This document shows, in pieces, positions 1 through 9,431 of a DNA stretch of 22,568 nt (position 1 is the first letter of the stretch; the number at the start of each line of letters is the position of its first letter). Under the pieces are notes generated by a model. The model saw only the letters and a list, made by a program, of their open reading frames with translations, made no database searches and had not been told where the DNA came from. Position numbers and translations under genes: made by a program. Origin of the DNA: Candidatus Zixiibacteriota bacterium (lineage in GTDB: Bacteria; Zixibacteria; MSB-5A5; GN15; FEB-12). Where the stretch lies: assembly GCA_024277795.1 (NCBI GenBank), contig JAJRUL010000085.1:1-22568 (forward strand), read 5' to 3'.

Positions 1-1029
1 ACTGCCGATATAGGCTGGGTTACAGGTCACTCATACATAGTATACGGCCCAATGGCCAACGGTGCCACTCAGGTTATGTATGAAGGAGCCCCTAACTGGC
101 CCGATGCAGATCGCTTTTGGCAGATGGTCGAGGAATATGGAGTCAGTGTATTCTATACCGCACCTACTGCTATCAGAGCTTTCATGAAATGGGGAGACCA
201 ATGGCCAAATAAGCACGACCTCTCATCCTTACGTCTGCTTGGTACAGTCGGTGAGCCGATCAATCCTGAGGCGTGGATGTGGTACCATGAAGTCATCGGA
301 AAAAAGAAATGCCCAATTGTCGACACATGGTGGCAAACCGAAACAGGACATATTCTCATCACTCCACTGCCAGGCATTACAACAACTAAACCCGGATCTG
401 CAACTCAGGCTTTCCCGGGTATTGAAACTGCAATACTCGACGACAACGGCAAGCGTGTCAAAGAAGGTGGGGGCTATCTAGCAATCACAAAACCGTGGCC
501 TGGAATGTTAAGAGGAATCTGGGGGGATCGAGAACGATTCGTAGAAACCTACTGGTCGAAATGGTCTGGGATATACTTCCCGGGAGATGGGGCTAAAATC
601 GACAAGGATAAATATCTTTGGATTTTAGGCCGTGTTGATGATGTTATCAATACAGCGGGACATCGCATATCAACAATGGAAGTTGAGTCTGCTCTGGTCG
701 AACATGAGGCAGTCGTTGAAGCCGCAGTAGTGGGTATCCCTCACGACTTAAAAGGGGAATGTTTGGTCGCATTTGTAACACCGGGACCGGGTTTTGAAAT
801 GAATGACAAGCTGATCTCTATCTTGAGAGATTTTGTTGCACGCAAGATTGGTTCAATTGCAAAACCTGAAAAGATTATCTTTGCTTCAGATCTACCCAAG
901 ACTCGCTCAGGGAAGATAATGAGGAGACTCTTGAGAGATATTGCCAATGGCAAAGTCCTCGGAGACACAACAACATTAGCTGATCCCGATGTTCTGCAAC
1001 GGATTCAAAAACATTACGAAGAAGACTAA
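1..1029 (+). CDS. acs: Acetyl-CoA synthetase (AMP-forming), C-terminal ~342 codons. The 5' end lies upstream of the window.
   Basis: The reading frame of ORF 52..1029 stays open back to base 1 ([17 protein letters not shown]...). Acs/AMP-binding hallmarks are present: [59 protein letters not shown] stop at 1027-1029. Confidence 0.9.
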   Translation, partial: TADIGWVTGHSYIVYGPMANGATQVMYEGAPNWPDADRFWQMVEEYGVSVFYTAPTAIRAFMKWGDQWPNKHDLSSLRLLGTVGEPINPEAWMWYHEVIGKKKCPIVDTWWQTETGHILITPLPGITTTKPGSATQAFPGIETAILDDNGKRVKEGGGYLAITKPWPGMLRGIWGDRERFVETYWSKWSGIYFPGDGAKIDKDKYLWILGRVDDVINTAGHRISTMEVESALVEHEAVVEAAVVGIPHDLKGECLVAFVTPGPGFEMNDKLISILRDFVARKIGSIAKPEKIIFASDLPKTRSGKIMRRLLRDIANGKVLGDTTTLADPDVLQRIQKHYEED

Positions 1030-1053
1030 TGACAACTTCAAGGAACACCTCAC

Positions 1054-1749
1054 ATGATGTTCAGTTTAGGGATTGAAGAGATGGAGCCAGGAAAATGGCT
1101 CGGATGGTTTTTTGAAACACCGGGATGCTTTGTTCGTGCAGACTCACCACCTAATCTGGTTACTAAAGCTCCAGAGGCGATGGCTGAATGGAATACTTGG
1201 CTTGATGGTTTCGCCCCTTCAAATAAAAGAAACGATCCAATCGATGTAAAAGTAGTTGAGACTTTTCTCACCAAAGCAAAGGCAAGCGGTTCACAAGTTC
1301 ATGCGTTCTTTGAAGATGACAAACGTCCTCTTTCTCCTCAAGAAATCGATCAAGTAACGTGGGTCTTGGATTGTAGTCGTAACGACCTTACTTCAACGAT
1401 TCAACGAATCCCCTCTCAATTCCTTAATAGCGAAATTGAGAATGAAGTATTCTTATCCCTAAACGGTATTATCGAACATATAGCCTTAGCCGAGTGGTCC
1501 TATTTTGATAAACTTGGATTGGCTTTTGATCGTCGAGTCATGCCTTCTGAACCATTAACAGCGATAAAAACAGTACGAAAACAAACTATCTCACGCTTAC
1601 CTGAACTGACCAACAACCGTAAGATTACTGAACATCAAGGGGAGATATGGTCTGCACGGAAAATAATACGAAGAACAATCTGGCATGAACGTGTCCACAC
1701 CTGGCACTTGCAAAACAGACTCATGGAACTCCTTAATCAAAACAAGTGA
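1054..1749 (+). CDS. Hypothetical protein, possibly DinB/YfiT-like four-helix-bundle metalloprotein (C-terminal W-HERVH-TWH HxxxH motif).
   Basis: 231-aa ORF with an AAGGA RBS about 10 nt upstream of the ATG. Only the C-terminal IWHERVHTWHL motif is recognisable, and it resembles the DinB_2/YfiT His-triad region. TGA stop, then TAA 4 codons later. Confidence 0.55.
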   Translation: MMFSLGIEEMEPGKWLGWFFETPGCFVRADSPPNLVTKAPEAMAEWNTWLDGFAPSNKRNDPIDVKVVETFLTKAKASGSQVHAFFEDDKRPLSPQEIDQVTWVLDCSRNDLTSTIQRIPSQFLNSEIENEVFLSLNGIIEHIALAEWSYFDKLGLAFDRRVMPSEPLTAIKTVRKQTISRLPELTNNRKITEHQGEIWSARKIIRRTIWHERVHTWHLQNRLMELLNQNK

Positions 1750-1759
1750 AATCAATCAT

Positions 1760-1793
1760 AAAAAAAACCGCCCTTACATACAAAGGCGGCTTT
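1760..1793. terminator. Bidirectional rho-independent terminator (A7 - CCGCC stem - loop - GGCGG - TTT) between the convergent 1054..1749(+) and SPFH(-) genes.
   Basis: Sequence aaaaaaaCCGCCcttacatacaaaGGCGGcttt. Read on the minus strand, the hairpin is followed by a T8 run. Confidence 0.6.
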
Positions 1794-1819
1794 CACATCT
1801 TACAGACTACTATATATTT

Positions 1820-2632
1820 CTATTTGTCTGTGCTAAGAATAACCGGCAATGACCCGGCATCATTACCGACAATAACTACCTTTGTATTTGGTGACTCAGC
1901 TATCTTCAATGTAGCTTCGATACCTTTCCATTTGAGTAGTGACGGAGTAATACCGGCCGAAACGATCTTTTGGAAATCAGATATCCCCTGTGCCTCAATC
2001 TTCTTACGTTCGGCTTCTCTTCGTTCTTTCTCAATAGTAAACTGCATCTTCTGAGCATCCTGCTCAGCTGAGAGCTTGAAGTTGATAGCCTCAGATATTT
2101 TGGCAGGTATCTGAACATCACGCAGGAGAACATCCTGAATCTCTATGAATGTTCCTTCCATCGCCGTTACCAAGTTTTCATGAAGAGCCTTAATCAGGGT
2201 ATCACGTTTTGTCGAGTATATCTCCTCAGGTGTAAATCGACCAGCCACATCTCGTGCACTTGCCCTCAATGTCGGGGCGACTTTCACACTATAATAATTT
2301 GGTCCAAGTGTTACTTGTAGTGAGTCCAATTTATCAAACAAAGGACGGTACAAAACTGAAACTTCCATACCGATTGTTGCACCATCACTGGAAAGGACTC
2401 GTAAAGTTTCTTTTCTCTCCTGTGTTTGCACTTGATAAACAAACATCTTGTTCCATGGCATATGCCAGTTAAAGCCTTCGGGATAAACTTTTCCCATTTC
2501 AGTACCTGAACCGAACTTAGAGAAAAATACTGCACGGTGACCTGATGGAACCTGTGTTCCGCATCCAATCATAGTCATCACCATCAGCACAATAAGAAAC
2601 GCTGGTAGGTGGCGTCGCTTTTTTGTAACCAT
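1820..2632 (-). CDS. SPFH/band-7 (prohibitin/HflC-like) domain lipoprotein.
   Basis: ATG at 2632 preceded by a perfect AAGGAGG SD (2638-2644, 5-nt spacer). N-terminus MVTKKRRHLPAFLIVLMVMTMIGCG is a lipoprotein signal with lipobox Cys. The body matches the SPFH fold (…EIQDVLLRDVQIPAKISEAINFKLSAEQDAQKMQFTIEKERREAERKKIEAQG…). The ORF track start at 2701 is upstream of the SD. TAG stop. Confidence 0.8.
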   Translation of the reverse strand: MVTKKRRHLPAFLIVLMVMTMIGCGTQVPSGHRAVFFSKFGSGTEMGKVYPEGFNWHMPWNKMFVYQVQTQERKETLRVLSSDGATIGMEVSVLYRPLFDKLDSLQVTLGPNYYSVKVAPTLRASARDVAGRFTPEEIYSTKRDTLIKALHENLVTAMEGTFIEIQDVLLRDVQIPAKISEAINFKLSAEQDAQKMQFTIEKERREAERKKIEAQGISDFQKIVSAGITPSLLKWKGIEATLKIAESPNTKVVIVGNDAGSLPVILSTDK

Positions 2633-2743
2633 ATCAACCTCCTTGTAGGTTTTGTTCATGTTGATATGATGAATATACTCGAATAAGAGAAGAGTATTCA
2701 AGTTAAATCGGGAAAACTATCAAATAACGCTATAGTATTATGA

Positions 2744-3715
2744 TTATTGCTCAAAACGGAATGGCACAGTCCACCCATTCCAGACAAAAGTCGTATCTGG
2801 AGGATTGCTACCAACGATTGGAATAGCCTGCACCTCTTGGAATGACAAGAGATCCCATATATGAGGACTATTGTGCCTTGTTGCAACCGTATCAACCCAA
2901 TGGGTTGCATCTAATCGGTTCATATCGTAGAGAACGAAACCAGAATCGGATTCTGCCGAAATCAACTGGTAATATGATGTCGGCTTCAATTTTGAACTGG
3001 TAATATACAACAAATCCCCTGCATTTATTAACCCTGTCATCGAAAGACGAATATATTTGTAATCAGTATAACCTGGGACCAATCTAACCTCACCATTTGA
3101 AAGCGTATCATACAATACATATCGCAACTGGGAATACTCCAACTGATCCCCACGAAACTCTACATTGCGATTCGAACGGATAACCATCTCGGCTGGACTT
3201 TCAGGTGCACCACCATTATACCCCCACAATAACCAACCAAGATTTGCTTGAGCATCGCTACCTAACTTTAGGAAGAAACCAACTCGAGTCAAAGCACGTT
3301 TATGCGATGAAAAAGTTGTATCACCATTCTCGATTCTAAGCACTCTGAGATGAAAGAAATCATCAACAATCACCTCAGCATCACGAGCCATCCCAATACT
3401 CCCACCAAAATCCTTGAGGACACGTACTGGAGTAGTATCCACAACTATCGAGCGATACACCGAATCAACAATGATCTTATAGATTGCCGAGTCTCCATCA
3501 ATAGTAAACGGATCTTCCAGAAAGATATTGTCAACACGAAAAAGGTCACGTCCTTCTTCAGTCTGACTTATATAGTCTCGTAGAACATCGGCATCGACCA
3601 CAAAAGTAACACCCCGCTCTTCACATCCACTGAAAGCAAACAGAGAAATAAGTAAAATCAGAGGCAGTATCGACAGGTAAATTGACTTCGCTCTTTCTTT
3701 CAAAACTTTATGCAC
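2744..3715 (-). CDS. Hypothetical lipoprotein, no recognisable domain.
   Basis: 323-aa ORF. N-terminus …[25 protein letters not shown] is a signal peptide plus lipobox. GTG start at 3715 with a purine-rich GGAAGAAGAAG upstream, overlapping the uvrB stop by 8 nt; an alternative TTG start at 3703 is possible. TAA stop. Confidence 0.6.
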   Translation of the reverse strand: MHKVLKERAKSIYLSILPLILLISLFAFSGCEERGVTFVVDADVLRDYISQTEEGRDLFRVDNIFLEDPFTIDGDSAIYKIIVDSVYRSIVVDTTPVRVLKDFGGSIGMARDAEVIVDDFFHLRVLRIENGDTTFSSHKRALTRVGFFLKLGSDAQANLGWLLWGYNGGAPESPAEMVIRSNRNVEFRGDQLEYSQLRYVLYDTLSNGEVRLVPGYTDYKYIRLSMTGLINAGDLLYITSSKLKPTSYYQLISAESDSGFVLYDMNRLDATHWVDTVATRHNSPHIWDLLSFQEVQAIPIVGSNPPDTTFVWNGWTVPFRFEQ

Positions 3716-5741
3716 GCTTCTTCTTCCGTTTCTTAATCTTCTCTTTCATCACAGTGATTTCATCACGTATTATAACTGCAGTTTCAAAATCAAGGTTTTC
3801 TGCCGCTTTTTTCATAGCATTTATCATGAAAACAAGCTGGTCTTCATCTCCCATAGAAGCAAAATGACTCGGTTTCTCAAATGCGACCTCCTCAACCGTT
3901 TTCGTATCGGCAAACTGTGTAATACGGAGAATCTCATCACGAGTCTTATAAATTGTTTCAGGGTCAATATTGTGCTTCTTGTTGTAGGCGATCTGTTTAG
4001 AACGACGGCGTGCTGTTTCATCGATAGCTTTTCGCATCGAGTTTGTTATCTTATCACCATACAATATGACTTCACCATCTTTGTTCCTGGCCGCACGCCC
4101 CGCAGTCTGTATAAGTGAACGCTCTGACCTGAGAAATCCTTCCTTATCAGCATCCAAAATAGCTACTAGCGATACCTCGGGAAGGTCAAGTCCCTCTCTC
4201 AACAGGTTTACCCCTACGAGAATATCAAATTCACCCAAACGGAGATCTCGAATAATCGCTGTTCTATCAATTGATGCTACCTCACTATGCAAATACCGAA
4301 CTCTCAGACCGTTTTTGCTCATATAGTCGGTTAGGTCTTCAGCCATCCGCTTAGTCAGGGTCGTCACAAGCACTCGCTCTTTCTTTTCACTCCTTTTCTT
4401 AGATTCTTCAAGCAGGTCATCAACCTGTGACCCCAATGGTTTAACGGTAATAATTGGATCCAACAACCCTGTAGGACGTATTACTTGCTCTACAATGACA
4501 CCTCCACACTTTTCAAGTTCATATTCTGCGGGAGTAGCTGAGACATATATTCGTTTCTGTGCTAATTCCTCAAATTCTTCAAAAAACAACGGCCTATTGT
4601 CTAATGCTGAAGGCAACCTGAAACCATGAGAGACTAACACCTCTTTACGACTACGATCACCTGCAAACATCCCACGTATCTGAGGAATAGACTGGTGAGA
4701 TTCATCAATAATTGTAATAAAATCGTCAGGGAAAAAGTCCATCAATGTGAATGGCCTCTCCCCCTCTTTACGACCGGAAAGATGTCGAGAATAATTCTCC
4801 ACCCCTGAGCAATAGCCTATCTCCTTCAACATTTCAAGATCATATTTAGTTCGCATCTCAAGCCGTTGCGCTTCAAGGAGTTTATTCTCTGCACGAAAAT
4901 GAATCAGTTGTTCCTTTAACTCGGCTTCAATAAGACCGATAGCATCCTTAAGCTGCTCGGGTGATGTAACAAAGTGTTTGGCAGGATACACCGATATACT
5001 ACGACGCTCCTTAAGCACTTCACCAGTCAATGGATCAACTTCTGTAATCCGCTCAACCTCATCACCAAAAAACTCTATCCGCATTGCATTTTCATGATAT
5101 GCAGGAATCAATTCTATTGTGTCTCCACGTACTCGAAAACGACCACGCGTAAAATCAATGTCATTTCGGATATAGTGGATATCGATTAGTTTGCGAATCA
5201 CCTCATCTCGATCATATTCCTGTCCGACACTCAAAGAGATATATTGTTTTTTATACTCTGTTGGTGATCCAATACCATAGATACAAGATACCGAAGCAAC
5301 GATAATAACATCCTCTCGTTCAAGTAAAGATGCTGTTGCACGTAGTCGTAGCCGATCGATATCTTCATTTACTGCGGTATCTTTCTCAATAAAAGTATCT
5401 GTCGTAGGTATATATGCTTCTGGCTGATAGTAATCATAGTAGCTAATGAAAAACTCAACTGCATTATTCGGGAAAAAAGCCTTCAACTCACCAAATAATT
5501 GTGCGGCCAACGTCTTATTATGAGAAATAACTAAGGCGGGACGACCATACTGAGCAATTACATTCGCAATAGTAAATGTTTTTCCAGAGCCGGTCACTCC
5601 GAGCAATGTCTGATGTTTCTGATCTCGCTTAAGCCCCGCCAGTAGTTCAGCTATTGCCTGTGGTTGATCACCATTAGGTCGATAACCTGAACGGAGGTCA
5701 AATTTGACTGGTTCGATTAGAGTCGATCTATCTGTTGTCAT
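3708..5741 (-). CDS. uvrB: Excinuclease ABC subunit B.
   Basis: [14 protein letters not shown]…[18 protein letters not shown]…[41 protein letters not shown] and the whole length (~678 aa) match UvrB. The ATG at 5741 (MTTDRSTL…) is preferred over the in-frame GTG at 5753. TAA stop at 3708-3710. Confidence 0.9.
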   Translation of the reverse strand: MTTDRSTLIEPVKFDLRSGYRPNGDQPQAIAELLAGLKRDQKHQTLLGVTGSGKTFTIANVIAQYGRPALVISHNKTLAAQLFGELKAFFPNNAVEFFISYYDYYQPEAYIPTTDTFIEKDTAVNEDIDRLRLRATASLLEREDVIIVASVSCIYGIGSPTEYKKQYISLSVGQEYDRDEVIRKLIDIHYIRNDIDFTRGRFRVRGDTIELIPAYHENAMRIEFFGDEVERITEVDPLTGEVLKERRSISVYPAKHFVTSPEQLKDAIGLIEAELKEQLIHFRAENKLLEAQRLEMRTKYDLEMLKEIGYCSGVENYSRHLSGRKEGERPFTLMDFFPDDFITIIDESHQSIPQIRGMFAGDRSRKEVLVSHGFRLPSALDNRPLFFEEFEELAQKRIYVSATPAEYELEKCGGVIVEQVIRPTGLLDPIITVKPLGSQVDDLLEESKKRSEKKERVLVTTLTKRMAEDLTDYMSKNGLRVRYLHSEVASIDRTAIIRDLRLGEFDILVGVNLLREGLDLPEVSLVAILDADKEGFLRSERSLIQTAGRAARNKDGEVILYGDKITNSMRKAIDETARRRSKQIAYNKKHNIDPETIYKTRDEILRITQFADTKTVEEVAFEKPSHFASMGDEDQLVFMINAMKKAAENLDFETAVIIRDEITVMKEKIKKRKKKRA

Positions 5742-6014
5742 ATCTATTCTCACATATATTTAGACGATTCAATATGCCAATATATGCAACTGTCATATTG
5801 TCGCAATCATATAAGACTCACAATCTTGCATGTTAACCTCAATGGGAACCTGCACTGACTTTAGTAGTATACACTTATGATGATTGCGATGCTTAAATAG
5901 AAGTTGATTATCATGGGGAAATTTGCCTTGACTTAGGCGTGAAATGCTGTAAGTTTGGTGGTTTTTAACTTGTGAACGGATAACGACTTCTATTGTTTTT
6001 TTTGGAGGATGTTC

Positions 6015-6329
6015 ATGTACGCTGTATTTGAAGTATCGGGCATGCAATTTACTGCCCGCGAAGGAGATGTAATTACAGTTCCCCACCAGCAGGCCGAACT
6101 GGGTGCAAAGCTCGATATTGACCAAGTCTTACTTATCAAGAAAGACGACCAGTCAATTGTCGGAACACCTATTGTTGCTGATGCGAAAGTTGAAGCTGAG
6201 ATAGTTGAACACGGTAAAGACGACAAGGTACTTATCTATAAATATAAGCGTCGCACAAAGTACCGTCGCACTCAAGGACACAGACAGGATTTCACTCAGA
6301 TCAAAGTAAACAAAATTGTAGCTCCATAA
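6015..6329 (+). CDS. rplU: 50S ribosomal protein L21.
   Basis: MYAVFEVSGMQFTAREGDVITVP…KVLIYKYKRRTKYRRTQGHRQDFTQIKVNKI is canonical L21. GGAGG at 6004-6008 with a 6-nt spacer to the ATG at 6015. The ATG at 6009 abuts the SD and is rejected. TAA stop. Confidence 0.9.
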   Translation: MYAVFEVSGMQFTAREGDVITVPHQQAELGAKLDIDQVLLIKKDDQSIVGTPIVADAKVEAEIVEHGKDDKVLIYKYKRRTKYRRTQGHRQDFTQIKVNKIVAP

Positions 6330-6351
6330 CTCAACACACAACCATGGACTC

Positions 6352-8868
6352 TTGAACCGATCAATTGACAATCGAGCATGGACTGCTCGTATACTGGCGA
6401 TTGCAAAACAATCGACTATTCCCCTTTTCCTGTGCCTGATAGTGTTGGCTATTGCCACTCCGATTAGTGCTCAGCAGGAGTTCCGTGTAGTTGAAGTAGT
6501 CGTCGATGGAAACAGAATAGCAACAGAGGCACTGATCCTTGGAGTTGCTTCCCTTGAAATTGGTCAACCCCTCACACCAACTACAATTTCTGAAACTATC
6601 CGTCGGCTCTATGGGCTGGGCATCTTTTCCGATGTAAGAATTGATGCCGAAGATGTTACTGGCGGATTAAAAGTCTACATCGTTGTCAAAGAATTGCCAA
6701 AACTCTCCGAGTTAAAGTTCATTGGCAATAAAAAGATCAAGGATAAAGAACTCAAGGAACAACTGGGGTTAGGAGTCGGTGGATACATATCCCCATATCT
6801 GATCGAGAAGAAAAAACAAGAACTTAAAAAACTCTATGCAGAAAAAGGGTTTTTTCAGGCTGAAATAACACCACAATTGACCTATTCAGATGACTCTACC
6901 GAAGCCAAGCTTTCTTTCACTTTTAATGAAAAATCAAAAGTCAAAGTGGAAAAGGTAGTCATCAACGGTGCAAAACGCGTCAAAACAAAAGACTTGATTA
7001 AAAAGATGAGGAACCGAAAACGCGGTTTTCTCAAAAGCTCAGACTTTGCCCAAGAAGAATTTAGCGATGACTTGCTGAAAGTCATCAACGAGTATCATGA
7101 ACGAGGGTACATTGACGCTTACATGATTTCTGATTCGATGTACATTGATACAAATAGCAATAAGATGACTATCTTTCTCAATGTCTACGAAGGGCCTCGC
7201 TACTATTTTGGAGATGCAACATTCTCAGGCAATGAAGAGCTTCCCACAGAAGTATTGAAAAAAGCCCTAAAATATAAGAAAGGGCATACCTTCAATTCAA
7301 AAAAATATGATGAATCAATCATGGAAATATCATCTGCTTACTATGAAATCGGTCATCTCCATGTACGAATAGCAGATCAGCGAACCACAAGAGCTGATTC
7401 TATAATCGATATCTCCTATACAATATCTGAGGGTCTCCCTTCTCACGTACAGATGATTAACATCATAGGCAATACCAAAACAAAAGAGCATGTTATACGT
7501 AGAGAAATCTCAACTTTGCCGGGACAAAAGTTTAGCAGGGCTTTGTTGATACGATCAGTCCGTGATGTCATGGCGTTGAATTACTTCGCCAACGTCGAAC
7601 CGATCCCCAGAGACCGTGTGGATGGCGATGTTGATATTGACTTTAAGATAACGGAAAAACAGACGGGTCAGATTTCTGCAGGGGCAGGCTACAATAGTCA
7701 GGATAAAATGGTTGGCACGCTCGGTATGGGAATCCCAAATTTTCGAGGCAATGGTCAAAACCTGAATTTCTCCTTAGATTTCGGCTCAAGACGAAATTCG
7801 TTCTCACTCTCTTTTACTGAACCTTGGCTAGCTGGCAGACCAACCCTTCTCGGAATCAATATGTTTGCTCTTAATCGACGGTGGTTTAATGATTATACTG
7901 AAGGTCGAACAGGCGGATCAATTCGTCTCGGACGACGACTCAAATGGCCTGACAACTATTTCAGAGTCTTTGCATCATATTCACTGGAGAGAAATCGCTT
8001 TTTTGATTTTGATGATTCCTACATAGAGAACAACTCATACAAATCTCAGTACTATTGGAATGATTACACAACAGCAAGCAGAACTGACTCATTAATCGCT
8101 CGCACTGTTTATTCCCCTTACCCGGGTTCTGTACTAAGCTACAATGAGGAAACGCTGACTGCTTCTCGTTTAACAATATCCATTGTCCGTGATTCACGAA
8201 ACCTGCCTCAATTTGCTACCAGTGGATCTAAAATCGCATATAATTTTCAGATGACAGGTTCATGGCTAGGTGGATTCTGGCAATACCAAAAACATGAACT
8301 CACTATAGCAAAGTTCTTCCCTCTCTTCTGGAAACTATCATTTGCAGCCAAAGTACAATACAATGTCATTACAAGACCAAAGGGAGACGATCGAGTTCTC
8401 ATCTCTGATCGATTCACCCCGGGTGGTACTGCATTTGATGGCATTGTGAGAGGATATAATGACGGAACTCTGACTCCCGATTCGTTAGTAACACAATCGG
8501 ACACAACCTTTTTCTACAACGACCCACACGCAGTTGTTGGAGTAGATATCCCTGATGACACATCATTCTCCAGCTACAATACACGAGTTCGAGGGATGTA
8601 TATGCTCGTCGGTAATTTTGAACTACAATTCCCTATTACTGAGGGAAGTATTTACGCACTCGCTTTCTTTGATGCGGGTAACTCATGGCTCTACCGTGGT
8701 GATATAAACCTCGCAAATGATTTATATCGAAGTGCTGGAGTCGGATTCAGAGTGGTGGTACCGGCAATCGGAACAATAGGGTTTGACTTTGCCTATCCGT
8801 TTGATGTACTTGAAGGACAGGATAAAGGATGGAAACCTCATTTTCAAATCGGAACGACATTTAGATAA
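6352..8868 (+). CDS. bamA: Outer membrane protein assembly factor BamA (Omp85 family; POTRA repeats plus C-terminal beta-barrel).
   Basis: 838-aa ORF with a signal peptide (…IPLFLCLIVLAIATPISA/QQ), repeated POTRA-like segments, and a C-terminal barrel ending …HFQIGTTFR with terminal aromatic residues. The start is ambiguous: TTG at 6352 with no SD, and no in-frame ATG/GTG before the signal peptide. TAA stop. Confidence 0.85.
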   Translation: MNRSIDNRAWTARILAIAKQSTIPLFLCLIVLAIATPISAQQEFRVVEVVVDGNRIATEALILGVASLEIGQPLTPTTISETIRRLYGLGIFSDVRIDAEDVTGGLKVYIVVKELPKLSELKFIGNKKIKDKELKEQLGLGVGGYISPYLIEKKKQELKKLYAEKGFFQAEITPQLTYSDDSTEAKLSFTFNEKSKVKVEKVVINGAKRVKTKDLIKKMRNRKRGFLKSSDFAQEEFSDDLLKVINEYHERGYIDAYMISDSMYIDTNSNKMTIFLNVYEGPRYYFGDATFSGNEELPTEVLKKALKYKKGHTFNSKKYDESIMEISSAYYEIGHLHVRIADQRTTRADSIIDISYTISEGLPSHVQMINIIGNTKTKEHVIRREISTLPGQKFSRALLIRSVRDVMALNYFANVEPIPRDRVDGDVDIDFKITEKQTGQISAGAGYNSQDKMVGTLGMGIPNFRGNGQNLNFSLDFGSRRNSFSLSFTEPWLAGRPTLLGINMFALNRRWFNDYTEGRTGGSIRLGRRLKWPDNYFRVFASYSLERNRFFDFDDSYIENNSYKSQYYWNDYTTASRTDSLIARTVYSPYPGSVLSYNEETLTASRLTISIVRDSRNLPQFATSGSKIAYNFQMTGSWLGGFWQYQKHELTIAKFFPLFWKLSFAAKVQYNVITRPKGDDRVLISDRFTPGGTAFDGIVRGYNDGTLTPDSLVTQSDTTFFYNDPHAVVGVDIPDDTSFSSYNTRVRGMYMLVGNFELQFPITEGSIYALAFFDAGNSWLYRGDINLANDLYRSAGVGFRVVVPAIGTIGFDFAYPFDVLEGQDKGWKPHFQIGTTFR

Positions 8869-8893
8869 CGTACATATATAAAGGAACAGGAAA

Positions 8894-9430
8894 ATGCGAA
8901 AAACCGGAATGACGGTAACAGCAATCGCTGTCACATTATTGGGAGTTTTTCTGCTTGCGGGACAAGCCTCAGCTCAAGGATTAAAAATCGGATTTGTAAA
9001 GGATGAACGACTATTTAGCGAATATCGTTAAGTCCAAAAAGCCCAAGAAGAATTTGAAGTCCTCTCACGTGCTTGGGATGAAGAAGCTCAAGAGAAATAC
9101 GCTGAAATCACTGAGATGATTCAGGATTATGAGAAACAAAAAGTTGTCCTCTCGGACGATGCACGTAAAGAACGTGAAGCGGCTATTCAAGTGAAACAGG
9201 ATGCTCTAGACAACTTCACTCGTTCAGTCTTTGGCCCGGGTGGACAAAAAGAACAAAAAAACTCTCAACTCATGCAACCGTTACTAGATAAGATTCATCG
9301 AGCAATCGAAGCTGTCGCTGTCGATGGAAATTTCGATGTCATCTTTACCCTGCAAGGTATTGGCTACATTAAAGAATCCTTTGATGTAACTGACAAAGTT
9401 CTGGAAAAACTGGCTGACATGGAAGATTGA
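8894..9430 (+). pseudogene. skp: Skp/OmpH periplasmic chaperone, 179-codon frame interrupted by a single in-frame TAA at 9029-9031 (codon 46). The downstream piece is ORF 9116..9430.
   Basis: ATG at 8894 with an AGGAAC RBS. Signal peptide MRKTGMTVTAIAVTLLGVFLLAGQASA/QG, then LKIGFVKDERLFSEYR-TAA-VQKAQEEFEVLSRAWDEEAQEKYAEITEMIQDYEKQ… continues in the same frame to the OmpH-like C-terminus …GNFDVIFTLQGIGYIKESFDVTDKVLEKL. Total length and position (bamA-skp-lpxD) are canonical. The gene may be functional if the TAA is an assembly error or is read through. Confidence 0.7.
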
Positions 9431-9431
9431 T

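Noticed and set aside
6009-6011. The ORF-track start codons 6009 (rplU), 17953 (ferritin-like), 11757 (ssb), 2701 (SPFH), 5753 (uvrB) and 18592 (LRV protein).
   Set aside because: Each lies upstream of or directly abutting the Shine-Dalgarno sequence, or adds non-homologous N-terminal residues. Downstream ATGs at 6015, 17971, 11679, 2632, 5741 and 18598 have proper SD spacing and match family N-termini.
6343-6383. Direct repeat CATGGACT x2 (33-nt spacing) at the bamA start.
   Set aside because: An 8-mer repeat within coding or leader sequence has a high chance expectation and no associated structure.
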